DNA from: an uncultured bacterium
GTDB taxonomy: Bacteria > CSSED10-310 > CAZUFC01
Direction of reading: 5' to 3'
DNA: 51,213 nt
Assembly (NCBI GenBank): GCA_964619725.1
Contig: CAZUFC010000058.1
Coordinates: 1-51,213, forward strand
The number at the start of each line of letters is the position of its first letter. Within the stretch, counting starts at the first letter, position 1. Below are positions 18,500 to 27,583 of the stretch, in pieces. Below the pieces are notes generated by a model. The model was not told where the DNA came from and made no database searches. It saw nothing but the letters and a program-made list of their open reading frames with translations. The translations under genes were made by a program, and so were the position numbers.

Positions 18500-19838
18500 A
18501 ATAACGGGAAAATTTTCCAGGTCTGACAGGACGCGGCTTGCATCCGGCATCCTTTTAATTGTGCTGTTGCAGGCGATCATTTTGACCGGCAGCATCGGAA
18601 TCGTCAGCGGCGAAACTGATGTTTATCTTAACGTAAAGAAAACGGAAGTCAGAAAAATAGACCTGGCGGTACCTCTCTTTGCCGTTGATTCGGACGATCC
18701 TGAAATCCGGAAAGCGACCGAAAAAATAAAGGATATTCTTATTAATGATCTTCGGATGAGCGGCGTTTTCAATGCTGTGGACATCTCACAGTTTTATCAG
18801 AGTTCCGGCGCTTCAGAGGGTGAAATTAATTTCAATCAATGGTATCTTGTAGGCATGCAGGCTTTGTTGGTCGGCAAGTATGAAGAAAAGAAAAACAAAG
18901 TAACGTTAAAGGCGTGGTTATATGACGTTCCCATGGGGCAACTGATCATCGGCAAAGCGTACAGGGGTCCGAAGGATTCTTTAAGAGAAATTGCGCACCG
19001 TTTGTCGGACGAAGTCGTGTATCGTTTTACGGGCGACAGAGGCGTGGCGGCGACGAAGATATCTTATGTTTCAGATAAAACGGGAAACAAAGAAATATAT
19101 CTGGCTGATGCCGACGGAGAAAATGTCCGCATCCTCACCCGAAACGAATCGTTGAACCTGTCTCCTGCGTTTTCTCCGGACGGAGAGCATATAGTTTATA
19201 CGTCTTACGTAAAGGATAATCCCGATCTTTTCATGTTGGACATTGAATCCGGCAAATCGGAACAACTGATTTCAGGCGGTTTGAATATAACGCCAGATTT
19301 TTCTCCTGACGGCAAAAAAATAGCTTTCAGCCGCAGTTTTGAAGGGAATCCGGATATTTACATTCTGGAGCTTAAAACGAAAAATCTTAAACGACTGACT
19401 TTTTATGAAGGGATAGATTGTTCGCCGAGCTGGTCGCCCAATAATCGCGAAATCGTTTTTATCTCAGATCGCAGCGGGTCGCCTCAATTATGGTTAATGG
19501 ATGCCGAAGGAGGCAATCTCAGACGGTTGACTCATCTGGGTTCATACAACGATGCGCCTTCCTGGTCGCCCAAAGGAGATAAAATCGTTTTTCAGGCCCG
19601 TGTGGACGGATTATTCGATATTTTTACAATTCAACCCGATGGAAATCGTCTTTTACGCTTGACAGGAGACGAAGGAAACAATGAGAATCCAACCTGGGCG
19701 CCTGATGGAAGACATATCGTGTTTTCTTCCACGCGCATGGGAGGTATTAATCTTTTTATTATGGATGTTGTCAGTGGTACGACGATACGGATAACCGAAA
19801 ATGAAGGTCGTTGTACGAGTCCAGTATGGAGCAAGTAG
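18438..19838 (+). CDS. tolB: TolB beta-propeller protein
   Basis: AHRLSDEV...TG..G...TKI.YV, then repeated PD40 motifs (P.FSPDG, PSWSP). The true start is probably downstream of 18438 (e.g. TTG ~18477). Confidence 0.95.
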   Translation: MSMEATAWEFILDLNLRRSIRITGKFSRSDRTRLASGILLIVLLQAIILTGSIGIVSGETDVYLNVKKTEVRKIDLAVPLFAVDSDDPEIRKATEKIKDILINDLRMSGVFNAVDISQFYQSSGASEGEINFNQWYLVGMQALLVGKYEEKKNKVTLKAWLYDVPMGQLIIGKAYRGPKDSLREIAHRLSDEVVYRFTGDRGVAATKISYVSDKTGNKEIYLADADGENVRILTRNESLNLSPAFSPDGEHIVYTSYVKDNPDLFMLDIESGKSEQLISGGLNITPDFSPDGKKIAFSRSFEGNPDIYILELKTKNLKRLTFYEGIDCSPSWSPNNREIVFISDRSGSPQLWLMDAEGGNLRRLTHLGSYNDAPSWSPKGDKIVFQARVDGLFDIFTIQPDGNRLLRLTGDEGNNENPTWAPDGRHIVFSSTRMGGINLFIMDVVSGTTIRITENEGRCTSPVWSK

Positions 19839-19855
19839 AGTAATTTCGATAATTA

Positions 19856-20422
19856 ATGAACGATAAGGAGGGAAATATGAATCGAAGTATTGGATTAAGC
19901 TTGCTGGTTTGCGGTCTTGTGTGCTGTTTGTTTTTTCCTGTAGGATGCTCGAAAAAAAGAAAACCGGAGCCTGCCGTCTCTACTCCCACCCCGATTCCTG
20001 AAATACCGACGGCAACTCCCCAACCCATTAGAGAACCGGAAATATCTGAGGAAGAACTCGCTCGACAGAGATATGAAAAAGAAAAACAGGAAGTATTCAA
20101 GAATATCTATTTTGATTTCGACAAGGCCACCTTATCGATAAAAGCGAGGGCCGTTTTGTCCGGCATAGGAGACTGGATGATCGAACACCCCGGTAAAAAG
20201 GTACTGATCGAAGGGCATTGCGACGAACGCGGCTCGGAAGAATATAACCTGGCTCTCGGCGAAAGAAGAGCCAATGCGGCGAAAGAATATCTCATATCTT
20301 ACGGCGTCAGCGCTGATCGTCTTCGTACTATCAGTTACGGGGAAGAACGACCTGCCGATCCTCGTCACAACGAAGAAGCCTGGGCTAAAAACAGAAGAGC
20401 CCACTTTGTCGTCATTGACTGA
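19856..20422 (+). CDS. pal: Peptidoglycan-associated lipoprotein Pal
   Basis: Lipobox-like PVGC; IYFDFDK, IEGHCDERGSEEYNLALGERRA, ISYGEERP, WAKNRRA. The start may be ATG 19877 after AAGGAGG. Confidence 0.97.
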   Translation: MNDKEGNMNRSIGLSLLVCGLVCCLFFPVGCSKKRKPEPAVSTPTPIPEIPTATPQPIREPEISEEELARQRYEKEKQEVFKNIYFDFDKATLSIKARAVLSGIGDWMIEHPGKKVLIEGHCDERGSEEYNLALGERRANAAKEYLISYGVSADRLRTISYGEERPADPRHNEEAWAKNRRAHFVVID

Positions 20423-20431
20423 TTATAAACG

Positions 20432-21229
20432 ATGAAGACTAAACAAGCCTCAATTCGTCGGATTTTGTTTTCCATCCTGTTCCTTTGTTGCGGCGCCCTG
20501 CTGTTCTCCGGATGCGCCGCCAGACGCGTCAGAGAACTGGAAGATCAGTTGCGGCAAACTCAGGACTTCATGAGAGAATTCAAACAGGAAAACTACGACC
20601 TTAACGCCACCATCAACAGAAACCTGGCCAGAGTCAAAGATCAATTGGATCGCCTCAGTAAAACAGCAGCGGATTCCCACGCAGAACAACAGATCATTAA
20701 AGAACAGATAAGGGAAATTCAGGGCAGCCTCGAAGAAATGCGCTACACCCATAACCAGTTCACCTCCAAAGTCGTCTCTTATATGAGAGGAACTGATGCC
20801 GAAGGTCTCTCCTCTGACATGACGTCAGACAGTTCAATCGATTTTGAGGGCAGCGAACTGGCTGAAAAAATTTACCAGGGCGCTTATTACGACTTCGTTC
20901 GGGGCGATTACGAATTGGCTATTGTGGGCTTCCAGGAATTCCTCAAGGAATTTTCGAATCATAACCTGGCTGACAATGCGCGTTATTGGATCGCAGAGTG
21001 CTGGTATACCAAGGGCGACTATGAAAAAGCCATCGATTCTTTCGATAAAGTCATAAAAAATTACGCACAGGGCGATAAGGTTCCATCGGCTTACCTGAAA
21101 AAAGGATATTCTCTGCTGCAATTGAAAAGAGAATCAGAAGGCATAGACATTCTGAAACAACTCCAGGAAAAATTTCCCGATTCTTCAGAGGCTCGACTCG
21201 CACAGGAACGGCTCAAAGACTTACGATAA
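20432..21229 (+). CDS. cpoB: Tol-Pal protein CpoB/YbgF
   Basis: Lipobox FSGC, coiled coil, TPR motifs (LADNARYWIAE, DKVPSAYLKKG, FPDS.EA); directly after pal. Confidence 0.92.
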   Translation: MKTKQASIRRILFSILFLCCGALLFSGCAARRVRELEDQLRQTQDFMREFKQENYDLNATINRNLARVKDQLDRLSKTAADSHAEQQIIKEQIREIQGSLEEMRYTHNQFTSKVVSYMRGTDAEGLSSDMTSDSSIDFEGSELAEKIYQGAYYDFVRGDYELAIVGFQEFLKEFSNHNLADNARYWIAECWYTKGDYEKAIDSFDKVIKNYAQGDKVPSAYLKKGYSLLQLKRESEGIDILKQLQEKFPDSSEARLAQERLKDLR

Positions 21230-21264
21230 CAAAATTCAGTTATTCGATAACTCACAAAAAAAAT

Positions 21265-21304
21265 AAAGGGCGCGTATGCTTGAATGCAGGCAGGCGCCTT
21301 TTTT
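21265..21304 (+). terminator. Probable terminator after tol-pal operon
   Basis: AAAGGGCGC...GGCGCCTTTTTT imperfect hairpin followed by a T tract and preceded by an A tract. Confidence 0.55.
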
Positions 21305-21355
21305 CTGACCTGTAATGCTCAGCTAAAGCGTCGAGCCCTCGCCGGTCCTTGTCAA

Positions 21356-21389
21356 ACATTGTTTCGTGATAATAATTGAGAAACAATGT
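21356..21389. terminator. Hairpin just downstream of rodZ-like gene
   Basis: ACATTGTTTC (21356-21365) / GAAACAATGT (21380-21389), a perfect 10-bp inverted repeat 10 nt from the stop. Confidence 0.45.
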
Positions 21390-21399
21390 CATCGATTTG

Positions 21400-22293
21400 T
21401 CACAACCTGAATTTCTTTATCGTTCGTCCGGGCGATTGACTTAAAAAACCCTGATCCACATTGTTGATCTGATATCGTAAAGCGTTGCCCCGGCTGCAAT
21501 CGACCCTTATGTATTTCTCTGCCTCGTACTGATGAAAAGAACCGGCGGATATACGACCTGAAAACTGAAGTTTATTGTCGGCATAAATGCTGACCCGTAA
21601 GTCCTTTAACGCCAAAAATTGCAACAACATTCCTCTCTTGGGCAATGATTCCGCCCTGGGAATCGAATCAGGGATGGCGCGCTTCGTCGGCGTCGCCGTA
21701 TACTGCTCCATTCCCCTCGGCGTAAACGTTTTTTCCCTGACGGGCTTCCCTTGTTCCTGCGTCGGAGTTGCTTCGAGAATTCTTTCCGGAACCCCGGTTT
21801 TTAGAGGAAGAGAGGAAATCGCTGCTAATCCCTCCCCCTCAGAATTCGACAAATCAGGAAATATCCTGGTGAATCCCCATACTCCCATAACCGCCGTCAT
21901 TACCGCTATTATCGTTATCGCCACAGGCAGCAACGGGAAACTTTTCCTGGGAGCCCGGTCGGGATCATGAGGCGGCGGCAATTTCTTCAATTCTTCCATT
22001 AAGTTGTATTCACGTAAGGATGCCGCTTCCTTCTCATACAAGGACATGGCGAATTCTGTATTTAATCCCAAAAACAAGGCGTAACTCTTTACGAAACCTC
22101 TCGTGTAAACCTCCGCCGGTAATGAATTATATCTTCCTGATTCCAGCGCCCTGATATATCTGGCTGAAATTTTCGTTTCTCTCTCAACATCTGCAATCGT
22201 TAATTCGTATTCTTCCCGAGCGGCGCGAAAACAGTTACCCAGAGTTTCTTCATTCGGTTCCTGATTTTTGTAAAAGATAGGTTCTCGATCCAT
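21400..22293 (-). CDS. rodZ: RodZ-like protein (HTH_25 + TM + DUF4115)
   Basis: LG..FRAARE...LTIADVE..TKI..RYI.ALE.G.Y..LP.EVY.RGFVKSYA.FLGL; single TM; C-terminal beta domain (GNA...INN). Confidence 0.85.
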   Translation of the reverse strand: MDREPIFYKNQEPNEETLGNCFRAAREEYELTIADVERETKISARYIRALESGRYNSLPAEVYTRGFVKSYALFLGLNTEFAMSLYEKEAASLREYNLMEELKKLPPPHDPDRAPRKSFPLLPVAITIIAVMTAVMGVWGFTRIFPDLSNSEGEGLAAISSLPLKTGVPERILEATPTQEQGKPVREKTFTPRGMEQYTATPTKRAIPDSIPRAESLPKRGMLLQFLALKDLRVSIYADNKLQFSGRISAGSFHQYEAEKYIRVDCSRGNALRYQINNVDQGFLSQSPGRTIKKFRL

Positions 22294-22687
22294 GCATCCC
22301 TTTCCGATTTTTCCGGCCGGTCATTTAAAACGAACGTCTTTGCGATGAATTATCATCATTCGTCTATATAAAATTACCACATACTTTTGGTTTGTCAACA
22401 TCAATAATGAGTTAACGCCCGTCAATAAACACGATTTTCGATTCACATGTTAATTCTGGTCAGCCCCTGCGGTTTCTGATCCGCATACTGGCGAGCAGAA
22501 ACTAGTTAGTGCCTGTCCACAAACTCGAATCTCGATTCAAAATTTAATGCTGGACAACCACTTGGGTTTTTGATCCATAAACGAGTTAACGCATATTCAC
22601 AAACTTATTGTGACCCGGCCTGTCGCGGCGGGCAGGCGTTTCGAATTAAGTTCTGCAAGAGATGAACAATCGTTTTACGCTCTTTTT

Positions 22688-23743
22688 TCACGGGCGCGTC
22701 AATTCCTGAATAATATAGTCCCAGTTGAGCTTTTTCACTGATTCATAACCTGCCGCTCCCATTCTTATGCACAAGTGTCTGTTGTGAATCAAGGTTTGAA
22801 GGGCGTTCGCAAGAGGTTCCGGAGACGGAGCGGTTATTATTCCGTTAACATCATGCTTCACGAATTCCAGGGCTCCCCCCGAATCTTCTGCGCAAACCAC
22901 AGGTTTTCGGGCTGCGAAAGCTTCCGGTGTTATCATTCCGTAATCTTCGTCCAGCGGAACGTGCACGACGACCGAACATCGGTCGTACAATTCAAAAAGT
23001 TCCGAATCATCAATGTATCCTAAAAATACAACCCTGTCCTGCACTCCAAGTTCATGCGCCATCTTTTTCAAATTTGCCTCTTGTTCTCCCTGGCCCGCAA
23101 TGATCAATTTTGCAGGTTCATTGAGAAGCTTGACGGCTTTCAGTAAAAGATCAAATCGTTTAGTCGGGTTCAGTCTTCCCGCCGTAAAAATAAAATCTTC
23201 ATAGGCCGTGTCTTTGCTCCGGCCGGAATTTCTCGGAGGGGGATAAAGGACGCTCGAATCCAGTTCGTTGTATTTTTGCAGTCGTTTTCCAATATTGCTT
23301 GAGATGGTATAAAGACGACGGCATTCCTTCAAAGTCTGAATATCTATATCACGAATGCGCGCCTGAATATCCAGGTCCCTGCAGCTAGATTCAATCGGTG
23401 AAAATTCAGTTCCCTGAAGATCATAAACCTGCCTGTGCTGGTGATAAAGCCAGGTGATTTTATCCGGAAAATGCGCTGTATATGATGGAAAATTAGTGCA
23501 GATAATGCGGTCTATATTGCCGGCGAGCGTACTTTGCAAATCCAGTAATCGCCAGGCAATACAAGTATTCAGAATGCTTTCAGCCGGCGACCAGCGGAAG
23601 GGAAGCTTGACGACTTCCGCATTAAAACTGCGGCTCTTAAGCTGCCTCTGCAGCTCATCCGTCAACGTTTCCGCGCCGCCCTGAACATAAAGTACCTGAA
23701 CTGTGCATATCACCAGATTCCTGATTTCCCGGCTTTCTTCCAC
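22688..23743 (-). CDS. Glycosyltransferase family 4
   Basis: GGAE N-terminal motif, GRL.P.KR, EDYGMITPEAFAARKPVV, GG..EFV....NG. Confidence 0.92.
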   Translation of the reverse strand: MEESREIRNLVICTVQVLYVQGGAETLTDELQRQLKSRSFNAEVVKLPFRWSPAESILNTCIAWRLLDLQSTLAGNIDRIICTNFPSYTAHFPDKITWLYHQHRQVYDLQGTEFSPIESSCRDLDIQARIRDIDIQTLKECRRLYTISSNIGKRLQKYNELDSSVLYPPPRNSGRSKDTAYEDFIFTAGRLNPTKRFDLLLKAVKLLNEPAKLIIAGQGEQEANLKKMAHELGVQDRVVFLGYIDDSELFELYDRCSVVVHVPLDEDYGMITPEAFAARKPVVCAEDSGGALEFVKHDVNGIITAPSPEPLANALQTLIHNRHLCIRMGAAGYESVKKLNWDYIIQELTRP

Positions 23744-23776
23744 CTCAACCTCCCGGTCAGAATCTCAACTCCCGTA

Positions 23777-25366
23777 TTATTTATATCCGATAACGGCATA
23801 ATCCTGATGCCCGAACAGAAATTCGTCAGTTTTCCTGAACCTTTCGTTTAATTGAAGAATCAGTTCTTTTTCCGTTCCGGTCAGCTTCTCCTCCTCCAGC
23901 GCTCCAAGTCTGGTCATCTCATCCACAGGCGATAAAAATAGCGTTCTGATATTCCTGAATCCGCATACCTCCAGAAGGAACTGAAGAGCGCTGGGATGCA
24001 AGGGGAACCGATGCGTCAAATCAACCAGGAAATGTTGAACCAGAGCATAAAGACAGAGAGGATTAATAGTTTCCAATACCAGGGGAGAACCCGGCATCAA
24101 TTTTTTATAAACCAGATCGGTAAAATTCCTTAATTGATCAGTCGTGAGATGCTCCACAAACTGCGATGCGAACGCTCCTCCCAGGGAAGCGTCCTCCAGA
24201 CTTTGCAAATGAGCGACAGCATCACCCTGGATGACGTTAAGACCTCTTTGGCGACAGGCCTCGACCATTGCCGGATTCTCGTCTATTCCGTACGCCGCTA
24301 TGTCATTTTTGTCAGCCAGGTACAAAAATTCCCCTCTGCCGCAACCAATGTCTGCGACATTGCTCCTCCCCTTGAAAAATTCCATATATCCCGCGAAACC
24401 CTCCAGAGTCTCTTCCCAGGTCCCCCGAAATTTCCCTTCAAACAAAACATAATCATATTCTTTCAGCGATTCCGAACTTAATTCTTCATCTTTCCTTGTC
24501 TTCTCCTCATGTTTTTCTTCAGAGTGCGCCGTTGAAAATTTTTCTTTTTTATCTTTTATTGAACCGTAAAGGTTTTCCAAATGCCTCCTATGAAAGGCAT
24601 AGGATTCCTGGAAATTTCTCTTCTGAAGATTCAGCTCCCGTTCAAAGTTTCTAAGAGTTTCGTCGGTATTCGTCAGCCATTCCTGGAGTTGTCTTCTGTG
24701 CTCTAAACCGGAATCTGCGTTTATCTCAAGACTTTCAAGCCTTTTGTGAGTCTCCTCGAAAAACAGATCAGTCCGTTCTATCACATATTTAATGTTCTTG
24801 ACGATCAGGTGATTCAAAAGCTCATACATGATATGAATTTTACGTTCCGCCATGGGAACGATTTTCTGACCGTAATGAGCCGTATTCGCATTGAAACGCT
24901 TTTGCTTGTCGAACACATCGTGAAGCAGTTCGACCAGACTGTTGTTCATCTGAACCAGAAAACCGTTGAATTCCACCTGCCTCTGAAAACGTTTATTTAC
25001 GCAGGCATTGACTATTTTACGAAACGGCGAAAGCAGCGCCGCTTTTATCCTCTCCTTTAAACCCGACGGTTGCACCGGCGGCGCATCCGTTACGTAAACC
25101 GCATTCAGCCTTTGAAGGAGCTCGCTCAAAACCGTCTCACTCTCCCATCGCTCGTTTACACCGTAAGTATCATTCAGCTTTTGCAACAACTCCTCATACT
25201 CTCTTCTATAACGACCTTCCGCCGGTTTTACGAAGGGCTCATCTCTCGGGTCCCGCTCCGATTCCTGCTTCCTGATTCGCTCTAATTCCCGTTTTAACGC
25301 TGAATTTTCCTCTTTGTTTTCGATCTCGTCTTCTCGATCTCGGCCTTTTAAATTTTCTTTGCTCAT
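23777..25366 (-). CDS. Coiled-coil plus class I SAM-dependent methyltransferase (polysaccharide-associated)
   Basis: Long N-terminal coiled coil; Y..FE.KFRG, DIGCGRGEFL, QFVEHL, L.PG..LVLETINP, D.TH..P, DYAVIG. Confidence 0.88.
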   Translation of the reverse strand: MSKENLKGRDREDEIENKEENSALKRELERIRKQESERDPRDEPFVKPAEGRYRREYEELLQKLNDTYGVNERWESETVLSELLQRLNAVYVTDAPPVQPSGLKERIKAALLSPFRKIVNACVNKRFQRQVEFNGFLVQMNNSLVELLHDVFDKQKRFNANTAHYGQKIVPMAERKIHIMYELLNHLIVKNIKYVIERTDLFFEETHKRLESLEINADSGLEHRRQLQEWLTNTDETLRNFERELNLQKRNFQESYAFHRRHLENLYGSIKDKKEKFSTAHSEEKHEEKTRKDEELSSESLKEYDYVLFEGKFRGTWEETLEGFAGYMEFFKGRSNVADIGCGRGEFLYLADKNDIAAYGIDENPAMVEACRQRGLNVIQGDAVAHLQSLEDASLGGAFASQFVEHLTTDQLRNFTDLVYKKLMPGSPLVLETINPLCLYALVQHFLVDLTHRFPLHPSALQFLLEVCGFRNIRTLFLSPVDEMTRLGALEEEKLTGTEKELILQLNERFRKTDEFLFGHQDYAVIGYK

Positions 25367-25561
25367 CAGGCATCCCGCCTTTTCTTCAGAGATATTCCTT
25401 GAAAAGTCCCGGTCAGTTTACGCCTGATAAGGGTTTGAAGTCAAAGAATAATTTTTCTTTGTAATAAATCAATTCTGATATAAAATGATCCTCCCTTTCC
25501 TCTTTCTAAGCGTCATGCACCGCAGAAAGACAAGAAAGATGAGGTTCGGAGGCAAAAGCGG

Positions 25562-27583
25562 ATGACCCGGAGTCTTCTAATCAGCAACGGCAAATTCCTG
25601 ATTAACTTTGATGATGATTATTCCGTACGAGACATCTATTATCCTCAGGTAGGCTGTCGTAATCATTCAACAGGCGCAGCCTTCCGCATCGGCGTCAGGA
25701 TCGGAAAACAATTCCGATGGATCGATAAACAGTGGAATTTGCGTATGAATTACTGCAATGATTCACTGATCACTAACGTTACCGCAAATCACGACGAGAT
25801 GCAGATAGCGGTTAAATTCGAGGATATGATCGATCATGAATTGGATGTTTTTTTGAAAAAAATGGCGATCAGGAATCTTTCTGAGAATAAACGGACGGTA
25901 AAATTGCTGTTTTACCAAAAAATTCTGATCAACCGTAATTCTGAATCCGAAACCATTTACTTCGATAAAGACACCCGTTCCCTGATATATTTTAAACGAA
26001 ACATATACTTTCTCATTAATTGCCGCGTCGGCCCGAAGATCGGAATACCGCATTATGCGATACACACGACGGCTCTGCCTGCAGCGAAGGCGGACCGGGA
26101 TTCCAATCTGGAAAAGATACTGCCTGGAAAAACGAAAAACGGCGTACCGGGAGATTCCATAATAGGAATAGAGCTACCCCTGGAAAGCCGCTCTGAGGAA
26201 ACGATATATTACTGGTTATGTGCGGGAAAGGATTCCAGGACGGTCAACGATCTGCTTGGTCGAGTAAGCGAGAGACGTCCTGAATATTATTTCATACGCA
26301 CGAAGAAGTATTGGCGTTTTTCGGTCAATCGAATGAATTACGATTTTCCTGAGATTGAGCAGAAATGGCTTCAAGTATTCAAAGCGAGTCTTCTGGTATT
26401 GAGGGGGCAGTCTGATCATGGCGGAGCGATCATTTCAGCGGCAGATTCGGATCAGACGGTATTGAAACAGGAACCTTACACGTTTTGTCGTCCTGGTCAG
26501 GCATCTTTTGCGGCTGTTTCTTTACTTGAAACGGGAAACCTGAATCCGGTCAGGAATTTTTTTCAGTTTTGCGCTCGCTTTATTTCTGATAAAGGCTACA
26601 TGCATCAGGATTACTCATCGGACGGAACGTTGGGCGTATTCATCACGCCGCCGGAAAAGGATGCGCCGACGAGTCTGCCGATTCAGGAGGACGACACGGC
26701 ATTAGTATTGTGGGCGATGCTCAGGTATTACAACCGGTACCGGGATGTCGAGTTCATTTATTCGCTGTATCATTCGCTTATTGTACCTGCGGCTGATTTC
26801 CTTACAGGCTACCGGCATAGAAAAACAGGACTCCCTCAGCCTTCTCTTGATTTCTGGCGCGAAAAATATGGCGTTCACACTTTTACTACTGCAACCGTCT
26901 TCGGTGGGTTAAGAGCAGCGGAATATTTCGCTAAAGCTTTCGGCGACAGGAAACGAGCCAGAGATTATCAGCAGGCCGCGGACAGCCTGAAGGAAGGTAT
27001 AGTGAAATACCTTTACTCTTCCCGTGAAGATTGTTTCGCCAGATGCGGTCATTACGACGACGGTTCTTATGTCCTCGACATGACCCCCGATTCAAACCTC
27101 TTTGGCCTTTTCTATTTCGGAATTCTCTCTCCCAACAATCCTCTTGTAGAAAACACAGCTAAAACGGTCTTGCGGGAATTAAGGGTAACCACGAGGATCG
27201 GCGGCATCGCCAGGTTTAAAAACGATGACTTTTGCAGCGTCAGCAATGAAAAAATGAAAATTCCCGGCAATCCCTGGATTGTCTGTTCTTTATGGGCCGC
27301 CCTGTGGTTGACGGCCAAGGCCAAAACCGGCGAGGAACTCAAGGAAGTCCATAAAATTCTCACCTGGACGGCTGACAGAGCGCTGGAATCCGGATTCCTT
27401 CCGGAACAGATTCATCCCTATACCGGCGCTTCCCTCTCCGTCGCTCCTTCAACCATCACGCACGCCTTTTTCATCCTGAACACCCTGGAATATTTTCACA
27501 AGAAATTATATTTGACGGCAGGCAGGGAATACGCCCGGCAGTCTCAGACACTCAACGGCTTATTCATGGAAACGTTCAACTGA
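25562..27583 (+). CDS. Glycoside hydrolase family 15 (glucoamylase-like) homologue, catalytic motifs degenerate
   Basis: ISNGK.LINFD....RDIYYP.VG, GAIISA.DSD, PIQEDDTALVLWA, GGIARF.ND, PGNPW, G.LPEQI.P.TG..LSV.P. The WPRD and DLWEE motifs are altered. Confidence 0.88.
   Translation: MTRSLLISNGKFLINFDDDYSVRDIYYPQVGCRNHSTGAAFRIGVRIGKQFRWIDKQWNLRMNYCNDSLITNVTANHDEMQIAVKFEDMIDHELDVFLKKMAIRNLSENKRTVKLLFYQKILINRNSESETIYFDKDTRSLIYFKRNIYFLINCRVGPKIGIPHYAIHTTALPAAKADRDSNLEKILPGKTKNGVPGDSIIGIELPLESRSEETIYYWLCAGKDSRTVNDLLGRVSERRPEYYFIRTKKYWRFSVNRMNYDFPEIEQKWLQVFKASLLVLRGQSDHGGAIISAADSDQTVLKQEPYTFCRPGQASFAAVSLLETGNLNPVRNFFQFCARFISDKGYMHQDYSSDGTLGVFITPPEKDAPTSLPIQEDDTALVLWAMLRYYNRYRDVEFIYSLYHSLIVPAADFLTGYRHRKTGLPQPSLDFWREKYGVHTFTTATVFGGLRAAEYFAKAFGDRKRARDYQQAADSLKEGIVKYLYSSREDCFARCGHYDDGSYVLDMTPDSNLFGLFYFGILSPNNPLVENTAKTVLRELRVTTRIGGIARFKNDDFCSVSNEKMKIPGNPWIVCSLWAALWLTAKAKTGEELKEVHKILTWTADRALESGFLPEQIHPYTGASLSVAPSTITHAFFILNTLEYFHKKLYLTAGREYARQSQTLNGLFMETFN

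Noticed and set aside
27560..27583. 24-nt convergent overlap of GH15 and recD2
   Set aside because: Short 3' overlaps of convergent genes are common; both tails are non-conserved-looking.
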